Below, in pieces: positions 37,825-48,804 of a stretch of DNA of 64,000 nucleotides (its first letter is position 1; every line of letters begins with the position of its first letter). The DNA is from Acidobacteriota bacterium. Its GTDB lineage: Bacteria; Actinomycetota; Acidimicrobiia; Spongiisociales; ZC4RG35. The DNA is taken from NCBI GenBank assembly GCA_004356805.1, contig SMXW01000045.1, positions 20,216 through 84,215 of the forward strand, written 5' to 3'. A program made the translations under genes and the position numbers. Below the pieces are notes generated by a model. That model saw only the letters and a program-made list of their open reading frames with translations. It did not search any database and had not been told where the DNA came from.

Positions 37825-38916
37825 TTACTTGCAGGCTCCGGCCAGGGTGGGATAGGGGTTCACCGCTGCTCCGCCCCTTCCGCCGGGATGGAGCTCGAAG
37901 TGGACGTGAGGGCTGCTGCCCGTGGCATTGCCACTAGCGCCGTTGAAGGCAATTGTTTGTCCTTGACTCACGCTTTGGCCGCTGGAGACATTCCATCCGG
38001 CTAAGTGGGCGTAATAGTAGGCGACACCGTTGTTGGCTGTCAGCCAGACCGTCTTTCCCCCCAGACCCCGGTTGCCCACCCAGACAGTTCCTGATGCAAC
38101 CGCATAAACCGGCTCATTGAATGCAGCAAACAAGTCGGTCCCCTTGTGTGACCTGCCACCTGAGCGTGGCGCGCCCCACGTGTCTCGGAAAGACGTCCGG
38201 CCCGGGGTCATGGGGCAGATGAACGGCCCGACCTGAACCGAACCGGCAGCACGCTGGCGAACCGCCTGACGGGCCGCCGCCTGCTCGATCTCGTATTGCT
38301 TTTGCAGCTCTTTGCATCGTCCGCTCAGCTTTGCATAGGAAGCCTGCTCACGCTCCATCGCCCCTTCCTGGATGCCCCTGAACTCGAAGGCTTGGTCTTC
38401 TGCGATCTTGAGGGCATCGTGGTTCTCATCCAGCTCCTCCTGGAAACGGCCAAGCTCACCTTTGGCAGCGATCAGGTCGTTGATCGATTCTTTTCCACCA
38501 ACAGTTGCGGTACTGAGGAACTCTGACGTCGTCAGGAACTCGTCTACCGAGGAGGCGCTGAGAATGATGCCTGGGTTAGAGAAGCCCCCCAACATGTAGA
38601 GCTGGACCGCCTGCTCTTCGATCCTCTCTTGGTTAGCGACGAGATCCTCAGAATGGCTGTCGACCGATCCCTGGATCCGACGTTGCTTGCCCTCGAGAGT
38701 GTCGACCTCAACCAGAACACCCTCATATTTGAGTGCGGCATCATCGAAGTCGGCACGGGCCAGCCTGTACTCGGTGAGTTGCTCGCGGGAGTCCTCACAG
38801 GCCGCATCGACCTGTGACCTTGTGACCGCATAGATGGGCAGCGGGAATAGAGAAGCCACCAGCGCGACCAGGGTGATGAGCAGAAGAGCGCGATAATGCG
38901 CCTTCAGGGCAATCAT
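37825..38916 (-). CDS. Secreted coiled-coil M23 peptidase (murein hydrolase/EnvC-like)
   Basis: Signal peptide, coiled coil, HKGTD, YYAHL, HVHFE. Confidence 0.88.
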   Translation of the reverse strand: MIALKAHYRALLLITLVALVASLFPLPIYAVTRSQVDAACEDSREQLTEYRLARADFDDAALKYEGVLVEVDTLEGKQRRIQGSVDSHSEDLVANQERIEEQAVQLYMLGGFSNPGIILSASSVDEFLTTSEFLSTATVGGKESINDLIAAKGELGRFQEELDENHDALKIAEDQAFEFRGIQEGAMEREQASYAKLSGRCKELQKQYEIEQAAARQAVRQRAAGSVQVGPFICPMTPGRTSFRDTWGAPRSGGRSHKGTDLFAAFNEPVYAVASGTVWVGNRGLGGKTVWLTANNGVAYYYAHLAGWNVSSGQSVSQGQTIAFNGASGNATGSSPHVHFELHPGGRGGAAVNPYPTLAGACK

Positions 38917-39019
38917 TGGGGCCAAATGGTAACCAGGGGTTGAAGCTTGCAGTAGTTGGTGCCCCCTCAACCTCCCTCAACCACGACAACCGCAATATGG
39001 GTCGGAAGAGGAGACATCA

Positions 39020-39260
39020 TTGGCCGATACGGCCTCGCCGGAGCGGTCGACTTCTCGGGTTATCCGCAGGGCACCGTAACGATTGACCTCATCGGCGGCC
39101 TCATCCTGGGCGTCCTCATCGGTCCCTGGGGATTCCGTGTCGACAACAGCACTGGTATCGGGACTGTGTTTGGTGGATTCACGACATTCTCGAGCTCTAC
39201 GACCGTTGTGGTCGACCTCGGTGCCGTCTTTGCCAGGGTCATGACCGAGCGAGACGCCAC
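39020..39260 (+). pseudogene. Eroded Fluc/CrcB fluoride channel remnant
   Basis: GRYG...YPQGT.TID.IG..ILG...GGFTTFSS retained; no credible start, helices shortened, conserved Asn appears as Asp; boundaries approximate. Confidence 0.55.
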
Positions 39261-40255
39261 TAGAGAATCACTTGGATCAACGGGTAGTAGATCGCAGCCG
39301 CAAGAACGACACCATCCAGAGCCGTCAGGACGCCGGGAGAGCGCTCGGTGAGCGTCACTCGTCCCGTCCGCAGCATCGAGGACAAACCGTGCCCAGCGAC
39401 CAACGCCACGGCAACACCGAGACCCACCAAGAGATAACCAGCGACATCAAGGTCCCAGAAGGCCGCGGCACCTACGGCCGCCAAAACTGCTGTGATGGCC
39501 GTCGTGGAAAACGGATCGAGGAATGGGATAGCCGGCATCCGGACCACCAGGGCACCAAGCAAGACGCCAACAACCACTGCAACAAGGAATACATCCACTG
39601 CACTGTCGTCAGGCGAGAAGCTTGATCGGGACAGGACCATCGACCCGGTCGCCAGACCTGCAAGCAGGCTGACAAGCAGTGTTGGGGCGTAGACATCGAC
39701 GGTGCGATAGTCGGCAAATACCACTGACCAGCCAAGCACAACCGCCACGGCAAACGCCACCGTGAGGCCATACCCGGCACCGCCAAGGATATGAGCCGAG
39801 AGAGCGCCCGCAGCCGCGGTGGTCGTAATGGCCAGAGGGGACAGCAGGCGACCTCGCGCGGCAAACGCTGCAGATAGATCGAGCGCCCATGCGGCGGCGA
39901 TCGCCACCAGCGCCGCCGCCCAGATCTCCTGGCTTTGGGTGTTGGCGAAAACGCCCACGATCAGAACGCTGAGCGGCAGATATACCAGCAGGTCGACGAG
40001 GGCGAGTGTTGCCGGTTGGCTGCCTCCAGAGACGGGAGGCAGTAGAACTACTTCGTCGGACTCGATCACGGAGTCCTCCAATGCTGCCTCCTCACCATTG
40101 AGCCACACCCGAGATGTCTCAACAACGCTCTCGAAATCGGGCCCGAACTTCTCATTGGCCCTGTCTATGACACCGCCAACGGTCGCCGCGGGGATGTCGA
40201 CCCGGGCGGTCCCGGCGATCTCGCGAAGGCTTGCGAACAGTCGAAGCTTGGCCAT
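39260..40255 (-). CDS. MoaD/ThiS ubiquitin-like domain fused to a multi-TM membrane domain
   Basis: LRLFASLRE.AG ... DEVVLLPPVSGG then about 8 TM helices in the same frame. Confidence 0.8.
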   Translation of the reverse strand: MAKLRLFASLREIAGTARVDIPAATVGGVIDRANEKFGPDFESVVETSRVWLNGEEAALEDSVIESDEVVLLPPVSGGSQPATLALVDLLVYLPLSVLIVGVFANTQSQEIWAAALVAIAAAWALDLSAAFAARGRLLSPLAITTTAAAGALSAHILGGAGYGLTVAFAVAVVLGWSVVFADYRTVDVYAPTLLVSLLAGLATGSMVLSRSSFSPDDSAVDVFLVAVVVGVLLGALVVRMPAIPFLDPFSTTAITAVLAAVGAAAFWDLDVAGYLLVGLGVAVALVAGHGLSSMLRTGRVTLTERSPGVLTALDGVVLAAAIYYPLIQVIL

Positions 40256-40314
40256 ACGGGTCGAGCGTAAAGACTCGAGGGCCGTCCTTGCAGGGATTTG
40301 CCTACCCTCGCCCA

Positions 40315-40734
40315 ATGGACGAAGCACCATTTGTCGCCGTTGACGTCCCGCTTCTCGGCCACGAGCGTCACAAGAACTGGGCGAAAGTGGTTGACTCTGT
40401 CGACACCAACAAGTCTTCCGGGTGGGCCTACGACGGCGCATTCGTAAGTGTTGGAGGCATCCAGGATGTACCGGTCGGATCGGTCCTCCTCGTCTACGGG
40501 GAGAAGGGATCCAGGGCAAACCCTCAGATTCTCGCCCGTGTCTACACCGTCAACGCCGACTCCACCCTCACCCATGAAGCCGAGGCCAAGGGAAAGGCCT
40601 GGGCCAGGACCTTGCGCGACCCGATCGAGCGGTGCCTCGGAATGGAGCGCGACACGCCCGACTTGTCCTATTTGTCAGATGAGATGCTCGCGGACGAGAT
40701 GCGTGCCAGAGGATGGAAGGTGGAGCGGCCGTGA
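40315..40734 (+). CDS. Hypothetical protein
   Basis: ATG 6 nt after TACCCT; stop overlaps the qor start (GTGA); typical codon usage. Confidence 0.7.
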   Translation: MDEAPFVAVDVPLLGHERHKNWAKVVDSVDTNKSSGWAYDGAFVSVGGIQDVPVGSVLLVYGEKGSRANPQILARVYTVNADSTLTHEAEAKGKAWARTLRDPIERCLGMERDTPDLSYLSDEMLADEMRARGWKVERP

Positions 40735-41699
40735 AGGCGATCGTTGTAGATAGAGGCGGAGGCCCCGAGAAGTTGGTCCTCACCGATGTCCCGGACCCAA
40801 ATCCCGGAGTGGGAGAACTGGTTGTCGAAGTGGCCGCAGCCGGCCTCAACTTCATCGACACATACCACCGCGGTGGGCTCTACCCCATGGACTTCCCCTT
40901 CACTCCCGGTCTCGAAGGAGCGGGGGTGGTCGTCGAAGTCGGTGAATCGGCTGGTGGTTTCTCCATAGGCGATCGCGTCGGGTGGACCAATGTCATCGGC
41001 AGCTATGCGGAGAAAGTCGCGCTGCCCATGGACAAAGCCATTCCCATCCCGGAAGATGTCGACGAATCCACAACAGCGGCCATTCTTCTTCAAGGGATCA
41101 CCGCTCATTACCTGGCCACCGACACCTACCCACTCACCCCAGGTGATCGTTGTCTGATCCACGCCGGCGCAGGTGGTGTCGGTCTGCTCCTGACCCAAAT
41201 CGCCAAGTTGTATGGCGCCGAGGTGATCACGACGGTGGGGACTGACCAAAAGGCTCAGCTCAGCAAGGATGCGGGGGCCGACCATGTCGTGGTGTACACC
41301 CGCGAGAACTTCAAGGATGCGATAGAAACGGCTTACGGGCCCCACCCGCTCCACGTGGTCTACGACGGTGTCGGAGCGACCACCTTCGACGCCAGTCTCG
41401 ATCTCCTCCGTCCCAGGGGAATGATGATCACGTACGGCAATGCCTCCGGACCCGTGCCGGAAATATCGCCCCTGACCCTGGCGCAAAAGGGCTCACTGTT
41501 TCTCACCCGACCCACGATGACGAACCACCTACAGACGAGGGAAGAGTTGCTGAGCCGGGCAAACGCGCTCTTTGAGTGGATCGCCGGAAGGCAACTCGAG
41601 GTGCGGATCGGTGCTGAGTATCCACTCCGGCAGGCGTCTGAGGCCCATCGGGCCCTGGAGGGTCGTGAAACCACCGGCAAGGTGTTGATCAGGCCCTAG
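40731..41699 (+). CDS. qor: NADPH:quinone oxidoreductase (MDR family)
   Basis: GLNFIDTY.R.G, PG.EGAG, HAGAGGVG, YDGVG, GNASG, TTGKV. Confidence 0.92.
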   Translation: MKAIVVDRGGGPEKLVLTDVPDPNPGVGELVVEVAAAGLNFIDTYHRGGLYPMDFPFTPGLEGAGVVVEVGESAGGFSIGDRVGWTNVIGSYAEKVALPMDKAIPIPEDVDESTTAAILLQGITAHYLATDTYPLTPGDRCLIHAGAGGVGLLLTQIAKLYGAEVITTVGTDQKAQLSKDAGADHVVVYTRENFKDAIETAYGPHPLHVVYDGVGATTFDASLDLLRPRGMMITYGNASGPVPEISPLTLAQKGSLFLTRPTMTNHLQTREELLSRANALFEWIAGRQLEVRIGAEYPLRQASEAHRALEGRETTGKVLIRP

Positions 41700-41971
41700 G
41701 TTCGAGAGAGTCGAACACACCGCGAATGATCCCACCATGGTTGGCAACATCGGACACCCCATTGAGGCCCACTCGAAAAGGCTGAGCACGCCCGGCTCAG
41801 CCCAGCTTTGGCTCGACCTCTCGGAGAGAGCAGACAGGACGGCCGCACAGCTGAGATCGGACGCCAGATAGGTCCCGGCCCTCACCCCAACCGTTGCTCA
41901 GCCGGCCAAACCGCACCCGCTCCTCCAAGTTGTCTCTTATGCTCGCCTGGTCGGCGAGTAGGGGCCCGGTA

Positions 41972-43372
41972 ATGGATGGTCGTCGGATAGTCATGACGTT
42001 GGCGTTTTATCCACGGGGTGGATCGGCGCAGGTGGTGCGTTATCTGGGCGGAGCTCTGGAGACACTGGGGCGGACGGTAACGGTGTGTTGTGGGTCGCTG
42101 GGGCCACCGGGATCTTCCGCTCATGCGGCGACGTTCTTCGCGGGCCTCGACGTGCAGGCACTTGACTTCACCGAAGCGGCGGCATGGTTCGATCAGGGAC
42201 GGGACCCGATGGCCGCACCGGTGCCCTTCCCCCCGTCGTTTGAGGATCGACCCGACGTGCCCGACCGGGTGTTCGCCTCCTTGGACGATGACGTCTACCG
42301 GCGTCAGGTAGCGGTATGGCAGTCCCTGCTCGAACGGGTGGGGTTACCGGACCTGTATCACATAAATCATCTGACTCACGTCAACGATGCGGTGTCGGCT
42401 GTTGGTGCTCGGCCCACTGTTGTCCACCTGCATGGCACTGAGCTGAAGATGCTCGCCAAGATCCGTCTCGGCGGTGGGGAGCGATGGAAGCATGCGGCCG
42501 AGTGGGATCAGCGTCTGGTGAGGGCCGGCCGTCGGGCCGATCGTCTCGTTGTCATCTCACCGACAGACCGGCAGCTGACAATCGACCTGTTGGGGGTGGC
42601 CCCTTCGCTCATCGAAGTGGTGCCGAACGGGGTTGATGTCACCAGGTTCGCACCCGTCCACTTGACGAGAAGCGAACGGTTGGTCCAGTGGCGTCAGTGG
42701 CTGGTGGACGAGCCGCGAGGGTGGGATGAAAACGGCCAGCCGGGCACGATCCGCTACTCGGACAACGAATTAGAGCGTCACTTCTTGGACCCGAAGACGG
42801 GCGAGCTGCTCCCGGTGCTGCTGTTCGTCGGCCGCTTCCTGAATTTCAAACGGGTCCCATTGCTCGTCCGCGCCTACGCCGCAGTGCGGGAGGCGCTGGG
42901 ACCTTGCCCGCCTCCGTTGGTGATCTGGGGAGGCTATCCCGGCGAGTGGGAAGGCGAACATCCCCACACGGTGGCTACCACGATGGGAGTCGACGGTGTC
43001 TTCTTCGTCGGCTGGCGGGGACATGAGGATCTCGCTGTCGGGTTCAACTGTGCCGACATATTCGTGGCACCTTCGGTCGATGAGCCGTTTGGCCAGGTCT
43101 ACCTGGAGGCCATGGCATGTGAGCTCCCGGTAATCGCCACCGACTCGGGAGGTCCCCAATCGTTCGTCAACACCGACCCGGCTCGGCCGAACGGCTGGCG
43201 GGTCTCACCAGACAACGAAACCGAACTTGCCGACGCCATCGTCGAGGCGGCGTCCAGCGAGTCCACTCGACTTGAGCGAGGGCGCAACGCCCGACAGCTG
43301 ATCGAAAGCCAATACGACTGGCGGCACATCGCCCGGCAAATCGACCGAATCCATGACGACCTACTCACCTAG
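41972..43372 (+). CDS. Glycosyltransferase family 4 (GT-B)
   Basis: PRGGS, LHGTE, PNGVD, FVGRF..KR, EPFGQVYLEAMAC; start uncertain. Confidence 0.88.
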   Translation: MDGRRIVMTLAFYPRGGSAQVVRYLGGALETLGRTVTVCCGSLGPPGSSAHAATFFAGLDVQALDFTEAAAWFDQGRDPMAAPVPFPPSFEDRPDVPDRVFASLDDDVYRRQVAVWQSLLERVGLPDLYHINHLTHVNDAVSAVGARPTVVHLHGTELKMLAKIRLGGGERWKHAAEWDQRLVRAGRRADRLVVISPTDRQLTIDLLGVAPSLIEVVPNGVDVTRFAPVHLTRSERLVQWRQWLVDEPRGWDENGQPGTIRYSDNELERHFLDPKTGELLPVLLFVGRFLNFKRVPLLVRAYAAVREALGPCPPPLVIWGGYPGEWEGEHPHTVATTMGVDGVFFVGWRGHEDLAVGFNCADIFVAPSVDEPFGQVYLEAMACELPVIATDSGGPQSFVNTDPARPNGWRVSPDNETELADAIVEAASSESTRLERGRNARQLIESQYDWRHIARQIDRIHDDLLT

Positions 43373-43473
43373 TCCTTTCCATGGCGGGCCGGTCCGATGC
43401 GTCCGCTGACGTTCTGGGCTGCTGCTGATTGTGCCGATCCTGGGGTTGCGGTGCTGGAGACCTCGTCCCCCAA

Positions 43474-44493
43474 CTACCCGAGTCCGGGGGCACCGGCATA
43501 CGCGGAAAGGACGGGTTGGCCTCCGAGGTGGACATAGAGGACCCTGGACCCGGGCGGGATCTCGCCGGACCGAATCATGCCGATGAGTCCGGCCATCGAT
43601 TTCCCTTCATAGACGGGGTCAGTGAGCATGCCCTCAGTTCGGGCTGCCAGGTGGATGGCGTCGATGGTTTGCTGGTCCGGTACTCCGTAGGCGGGGCCTT
43701 GGTACCCCGCTACCACAATGATCTCGTCATCTCGAAGCTCCCGGTCGACACTGATCATCTTGGCGGTGTTGTTGGCGATACGGGTGACCTGATCGGTGGT
43801 CTGGCTCAGTGTCGCTGAGGCGTCGATGCCGATGACTCGGCGATCGTTGCGATCCTCGAGCGCGAAGCCGGCGATCATGCCGGCGTGAGTCGACCCGGTC
43901 ACGGTGCACACGATGATGTGATCGAAGAAGACGTCGTGTTCGATTTCCTGAGCGGCAACCTCGAGTGTCCAGTTGGCGAAGCCGAGACCACCAAGTGGGT
44001 GATCGGATGCTCCGGCAGGTATCGAGTAAGGCGTGCCCCCGGCGGCTTCGACCGACTCGATGGCGCTTTTCCAGCTGTCGCGGATGCCGATATCGAAGCC
44101 TGCGGGGTCTATGCGGATGTCGCCACCCATGATGCGGGTGAGTTGGATGTTGCCGACTTTGCCGTAGGCCATGTCGGGCCAGTCGACCCAGCCTTCCTGC
44201 ACCGTGACGGCCTTCATGCCGAGGTGGCAGGCGACTCCGGTCACCTGTCGGGTGTGGTTCGACTGGATTCCGCCTATCGACACCAGTGTGTCGCAGCCCT
44301 GGGCAAGGGCTTCTGCGACGAGGTATTCGAGCTTTCGGACCTTGTTCCCACCGAAGGCGATGCCGGAATTGCAGTCCTCGCGTTTGGCCCAGATCTCGAC
44401 CTTTCCACCGAGGGCTTCACTCAGACGTGGGAGAGGGTGTGTGGGCGAGGGCCCGAAAAGAAGGGGAATGCGTGGAAAATCGTCGAGGCTCAT
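43474..44493 (-). CDS. acdS: 1-aminocyclopropane-1-carboxylate deaminase
   Basis: [53 protein letters not shown]. Confidence 0.93.
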   Translation of the reverse strand: MSLDDFPRIPLLFGPSPTHPLPRLSEALGGKVEIWAKREDCNSGIAFGGNKVRKLEYLVAEALAQGCDTLVSIGGIQSNHTRQVTGVACHLGMKAVTVQEGWVDWPDMAYGKVGNIQLTRIMGGDIRIDPAGFDIGIRDSWKSAIESVEAAGGTPYSIPAGASDHPLGGLGFANWTLEVAAQEIEHDVFFDHIIVCTVTGSTHAGMIAGFALEDRNDRRVIGIDASATLSQTTDQVTRIANNTAKMISVDRELRDDEIIVVAGYQGPAYGVPDQQTIDAIHLAARTEGMLTDPVYEGKSMAGLIGMIRSGEIPPGSRVLYVHLGGQPVLSAYAGAPGLG

Positions 44494-44616
44494 TTTGGAT
44501 CCCGTCGCAGAATCGGTGGTTATCCGAATCCAATCACCCGACGCCGACCCTAGGCCACTGATCCATGGAGCGCCAGCCGGGCATCGCCGGCGTACCCCTC
44601 CCCCTGTCGGTCACCA

Positions 44617-45477
44617 TTACGGGTTGCGAGCCGAGGTTTCCGTGATGAACTCCACTATTTCTCGCGCTGACTGCCTGATCTCCTCGCCAAAGAGGAAGGT
44701 GAGGTGGTTGCCATCGATCTCGACCAGTCTTCCATCACTGAGACCAGCAATCATCCTCCGAGCCTGATCGGCCGCGAGAAGCGGCGGGGATCCCGGGGGC
44801 CCAAAGGGGCGAGTTGCTCGAATCACAAGCACCGGAACCTCGATGCGCTCCAGGTACTCGATCCAGGGGACACCGATTATCCCTGTGACGGCTTCCTCGA
44901 TGTGATTGGGATTGGATCTGGACTGGACCGTCCCGTCGTCGTTCTCTCTCACGTCCGCCCGGTAGTAACTCTCAATCTCCGGATTCCACCAATCCTCGAA
45001 GTAAGGCTGTTGTTTTACGGTATCGATGTAGTCCTCCCACGATGGGAGGACCCGACCGAGTCTCTCCATCGATGGCCTGATCTGTTCCAGGATCGCCTCG
45101 TCGACTTCGATCGGCGCATCCATGATGACGCAACGCCTGACTCGCTCAGGATGATGAGCGGCGATGTGATAGGTGAGAAGCCCTCCAAAAGAGTGGCCAC
45201 CGATGAACGCCCGGTCGAGCCCGAGATGATCGAGAAGTCCGAGAATGTCGGCGGCGTGGTCTTCCATTGCGTAACCAGTATCCGGCTTGTCACTCAACCC
45301 ACGTCCTCGCAAATCCACCGCGATGAGCCGGACCTCCAAACCGAGTGCCTTCGCCAGACCATCGAAGCTGTGGGCGTTGGCGGTCAACCCGTGGGTCATG
45401 ACGAGAATCGGGCCGTTGCCGCCATGATCGATGTAGTGCAGCCTGATTCCGTTGGTGTCGATGAATTCACTAATCAT
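44617..45477 (-). CDS. Alpha/beta hydrolase
   Basis: HGLT, DLRGRGLS, GHSFGG nucleophile elbow, C-terminal His. Confidence 0.9.
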   Translation of the reverse strand: MISEFIDTNGIRLHYIDHGGNGPILVMTHGLTANAHSFDGLAKALGLEVRLIAVDLRGRGLSDKPDTGYAMEDHAADILGLLDHLGLDRAFIGGHSFGGLLTYHIAAHHPERVRRCVIMDAPIEVDEAILEQIRPSMERLGRVLPSWEDYIDTVKQQPYFEDWWNPEIESYYRADVRENDDGTVQSRSNPNHIEEAVTGIIGVPWIEYLERIEVPVLVIRATRPFGPPGSPPLLAADQARRMIAGLSDGRLVEIDGNHLTFLFGEEIRQSAREIVEFITETSARNP

Positions 45478-45591
45478 GTCTGCTCCTCGGGTGACAACCT
45501 AAGACATATCGACCTCCCAGAGCCTGGGGCACCCCGGGCTCTCTTGAAGGACTCGAGAGAAAAACTCAATCCCATCTCGCCAGCCTGACCC

Positions 45592-46030
45592 TCAACGACC
45601 CACCAGATCTACGGCATCAGCCACCACTCCCGGTGACTGGAGATGGGCCTTCCAGACATCGACCTCCGAAACCGTGATGTCCGGTAGCTGTTGTCTCACT
45701 CTTTCCACCGAGTCGAAGGGCACATTGCCATCTCGACTCCAGACGCAAACCACGGGCACGCTCATACCCGACAGATCTGACGGCACCAACGAGGAGGGCT
45801 GCGTGCGCAGGAACGATCTGATCGAATCAGTCGACCCCCTGATGGCTATCTCACGCGCTGTGATTTGATTCTGATTGGGGCACCAGCCACCGTCGGCGCA
45901 GTTCGGCGTCCAGATGTCCGTTGCGAACCTGCCACCAGTCTCGAACGTAAGGGTCCACCGCCCGACCCACCCAGGCCAAGCGTTCGATCGTCGGGCGACT
46001 TCGAGTCGAGGGTTCTTGAAGACCGCTCAT
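45592..46030 (-). pseudogene. Probable truncated/frameshifted hydrolase-like remnant
   Basis: Frame 46026-45592 is open but has no start until TTG 45789; the ATG at 46030 is in another frame; C-terminus (SVPVVCVWS...AHL..P..VAD) resembles an alpha/beta hydrolase tail. Confidence 0.4.
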
Positions 46031-46680
46031 TTGATCAACACGATGTGAACATGTTTGGGTCCGTGAACTCCAAGGGTGAGTTGCTGCTCTATGTCGCCGG
46101 TGCGACTGGGCCCGGTAATCACCACCAGATTTGCGGTGTTTGCAACGCTTTCCGGGAATTTGTGGGCCCAATGGACCAGGGTTCGCTCCATCAAAATCAG
46201 ATCCAGGAGGGCCACATGGACCTCGGGCACGAGGCTGGCCATTCTCGGTCTTCCCGGTCGATGTTCGAGCACGACACTGCCACTCTCGGCGAGACCGGCT
46301 GTGGCTCCGGTGACGCCCAGATCCAGGTCGCGATACCCCAACTGATGCTCCATCCTGGTCTCGACAGGCACCTCCCCTTCCACCCTTGTCAGACCCGCCG
46401 CGGTGAGAGCCGAAGCCACACCGGAGGCAGGAAGATCCTCCCATGCCATGAAGGATCTGCATTGATGCCCTGCGGCGATCCCGGCCACAGCTCTAGGCAC
46501 CCCGTGTCGTCCGACCGGCCCATGAACCACGGCGTCCACGTCCTGGGCCCGTTCCCGGAACAGTGTCTGAAGATCTTCATCTTCCAAGTCGGGCAAGCGG
46601 TCGGGGATACCCAACACCTCCGGCAGGACGGCGGTCATAGCCGACCGTCCGACTCTGGCGAGAAAGACATCACGATCCAC
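46027..46680 (-). CDS. lutC: Lactate utilization protein C (LUD domain)
   Basis: AESGSV, SLVPEVH, ITGPSRTGDIEQ.L..GVHGP. Confidence 0.9.
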   Translation of the reverse strand: MDRDVFLARVGRSAMTAVLPEVLGIPDRLPDLEDEDLQTLFRERAQDVDAVVHGPVGRHGVPRAVAGIAAGHQCRSFMAWEDLPASGVASALTAAGLTRVEGEVPVETRMEHQLGYRDLDLGVTGATAGLAESGSVVLEHRPGRPRMASLVPEVHVALLDLILMERTLVHWAHKFPESVANTANLVVITGPSRTGDIEQQLTLGVHGPKHVHIVLIK

Positions 46681-48070
46681 GGTTGGTCCTCCACCATTCA
46701 GCGAACGACTCCGAGGCGGGACGTGGCAAGTCACGAAATTTCGTCCACCCTCTCCCCGGACCTGGGATCCGGCGCAGCCAGCCACCTGACGCCAAGGGGG
46801 CGCTCAGACGCGAAGCCCACTTCGTCGCCCTCCGCCATTTCTGAGGGTCCGTCGTCGTTCGGGCGTATCGGCTCATGCCTTTGTTGAGCCAACCCGGCAG
46901 TCTGCCCTCAGAAGCGGCACGTTCCCTCAGCTGGAGAAGCATCGAAGGGATTTGGATACGTATCGGGCACACTTCCTCACAGGCTCCGCACATGGTTGAT
47001 GCGTAAGGCAACTCCCACCAGGGTTCCATTCCGTGCAAGCCGGGAGTGACAATCGAACCGACTGGTCCCGAGTACACGGTGCCGTAGGCGTGACCTCCGA
47101 CGGTCTGAAAGATGGGGCAGACATTGAGACAGGCGCCACATCGGATACAGGCCAGGATCTCCGCGGTGGGACCGCCCAAGATCTCTGAGCGACCGTTGTC
47201 TATGACGACGACGTGTGACTCTTCGGGGCCGTCGGGATCGCCCTCCCTCCTCGGGCCGGTGATGACGCTGGTGTAAACGGAAAGCCTCTGCCCGGTGGCA
47301 GAGCGGGCTAGAACCTCCAGCACAACGGTGGCGTCCTCCCAGCTCGAGACGATCCTCTCCATGCCCATCAGAGCGATGTGAACTCTCGGAGCCGTCGTGG
47401 TCAGCCGGCCGTTTCCCTCGTTGGTGACCAGGACGACCGACCCTGTCTCGGCGATGGCCATGTTCACGCCGGAGATACCCGCGTCCGCACTGAGAAAGAT
47501 CTCCCTGAGATGGGCTCTGGCGATCTCGTTGAGCTCTGTCGGATCGTCGGTGTACTCGACACTCAGCTTCTCGGAGAACAGTTCACCGATGTCCTGGCGG
47601 GTCATGTGGAGTACGGGAGCGATGATGTGACTGGGCGTGTCGCCGGCAAGTTGCACGATGAACTCCCCGAGATCGGTCTCGACCACCTCCAGACCGACGC
47701 CTTCGAGGTGGTGGTTGAGCTCGATCTCCTCGGAGACCATCGACTTCGACTTCACCACGAGACTGGAGTCCGACTGTTGGAGGATTTCGGCCACGATCCG
47801 ATTCGCCTCGTCGGCATCGGCTGCGAAGTGCACTGTGCCGCCAAGAGCGGTGACCTGATCTGCGAATTGACCTAGAAGCCGGTCGAGATGACTGAGGGAG
47901 TGAAGACGGATCGCCCGCGCCCTATCGCGCAATTCCTCCATGATGGGGAACTCGGCCACGACGCGATCTCTTGCGTCATTGAAGTGCCGTATCCCCTTGA
48001 CGACCGCAGCGGCCTCTTTACTGCCGAGGAGGGCGTCGGCGCGAGTGACGAAGCTGACCGGCTGGCTCAT
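46670..48070 (-). CDS. lutB: Lactate utilization protein B (Fe-S)
   Basis: KSKSM.SEE, ETDLGE, TNEGNGR, CIRCGACLNVCP, CGACEEVCP. Confidence 0.93.
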   Translation of the reverse strand: MSQPVSFVTRADALLGSKEAAAVVKGIRHFNDARDRVVAEFPIMEELRDRARAIRLHSLSHLDRLLGQFADQVTALGGTVHFAADADEANRIVAEILQQSDSSLVVKSKSMVSEEIELNHHLEGVGLEVVETDLGEFIVQLAGDTPSHIIAPVLHMTRQDIGELFSEKLSVEYTDDPTELNEIARAHLREIFLSADAGISGVNMAIAETGSVVLVTNEGNGRLTTTAPRVHIALMGMERIVSSWEDATVVLEVLARSATGQRLSVYTSVITGPRREGDPDGPEESHVVVIDNGRSEILGGPTAEILACIRCGACLNVCPIFQTVGGHAYGTVYSGPVGSIVTPGLHGMEPWWELPYASTMCGACEEVCPIRIQIPSMLLQLRERAASEGRLPGWLNKGMSRYARTTTDPQKWRRATKWASRLSAPLASGGWLRRIPGPGRGWTKFRDLPRPASESFAEWWRTNRGS

Positions 48071-48792
48071 ATGTCACTGCCTGCCAATAGCTCAGCAATA
48101 TGCTTGACCACCACTTTGGATCCTCTACGTCGAAGACCTCCCTCCAGGTGCATCAGACATGAGACATCGCCCGCCACGAGTGTGTCGGCGCCGGACGCCT
48201 CAACCCGATCGAGCTTCTCATCCATGATTGCAGCGGAGATGGCCGGCATCTCGATCGAGAAGAGACCCCCAAAACCACAGCATTCCTTGTCACCGTCGAG
48301 GTTCACACGGTCGACCCCCTCCAGCAATCGGTCAGCCTGGGCTTCCAACCCGAGCCCTCGCAGACCATGACATGAGTAGTGATAGGCGACCGAACATCCG
48401 TCACATGAGGCGGATGCGTCAACACCGAGATCGTCAATGAGAAACTGAGTGAGTTCGCGGGTCCGACCCGCCACCCGGTCTGCCTGATCGGCTCGATCGG
48501 TTCCTTCGAAAAGCTCGATGTAGTGGTGGGCAATCATCTGGGTACACGATCCGGACGGGACCACGATCGGACCCTCCGTGACGTCGAGGACATCAAGGGT
48601 GTGAGCAGCCATTTCTCGCGCCTGATCGGTGAGACCGACATTGAAAGCAGGCTGTCCGCAGCAGGTTTGACCCTCGGGAAAGTCCACCCGGCAACCCGAA
48701 TTCTCGAGAACCGCCAGGGTGGCACGACCCACCTGGGGTGCTAATACATCAACCAGGCAGGTGACAACAAGCTGGACTTGCGGCCATTCCAT
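48067..48792 (-). CDS. lutA: Lactate utilization protein A (CCG domains)
   Basis: TCLVD, QTCCGQP, SGSC, HYSCH, CCGFGG, SCLMH. Confidence 0.93.
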   Translation of the reverse strand: MEWPQVQLVVTCLVDVLAPQVGRATLAVLENSGCRVDFPEGQTCCGQPAFNVGLTDQAREMAAHTLDVLDVTEGPIVVPSGSCTQMIAHHYIELFEGTDRADQADRVAGRTRELTQFLIDDLGVDASASCDGCSVAYHYSCHGLRGLGLEAQADRLLEGVDRVNLDGDKECCGFGGLFSIEMPAISAAIMDEKLDRVEASGADTLVAGDVSCLMHLEGGLRRRGSKVVVKHIAELLAGSDI

Positions 48793-48804
48793 AGGGCATG
48801 CACG

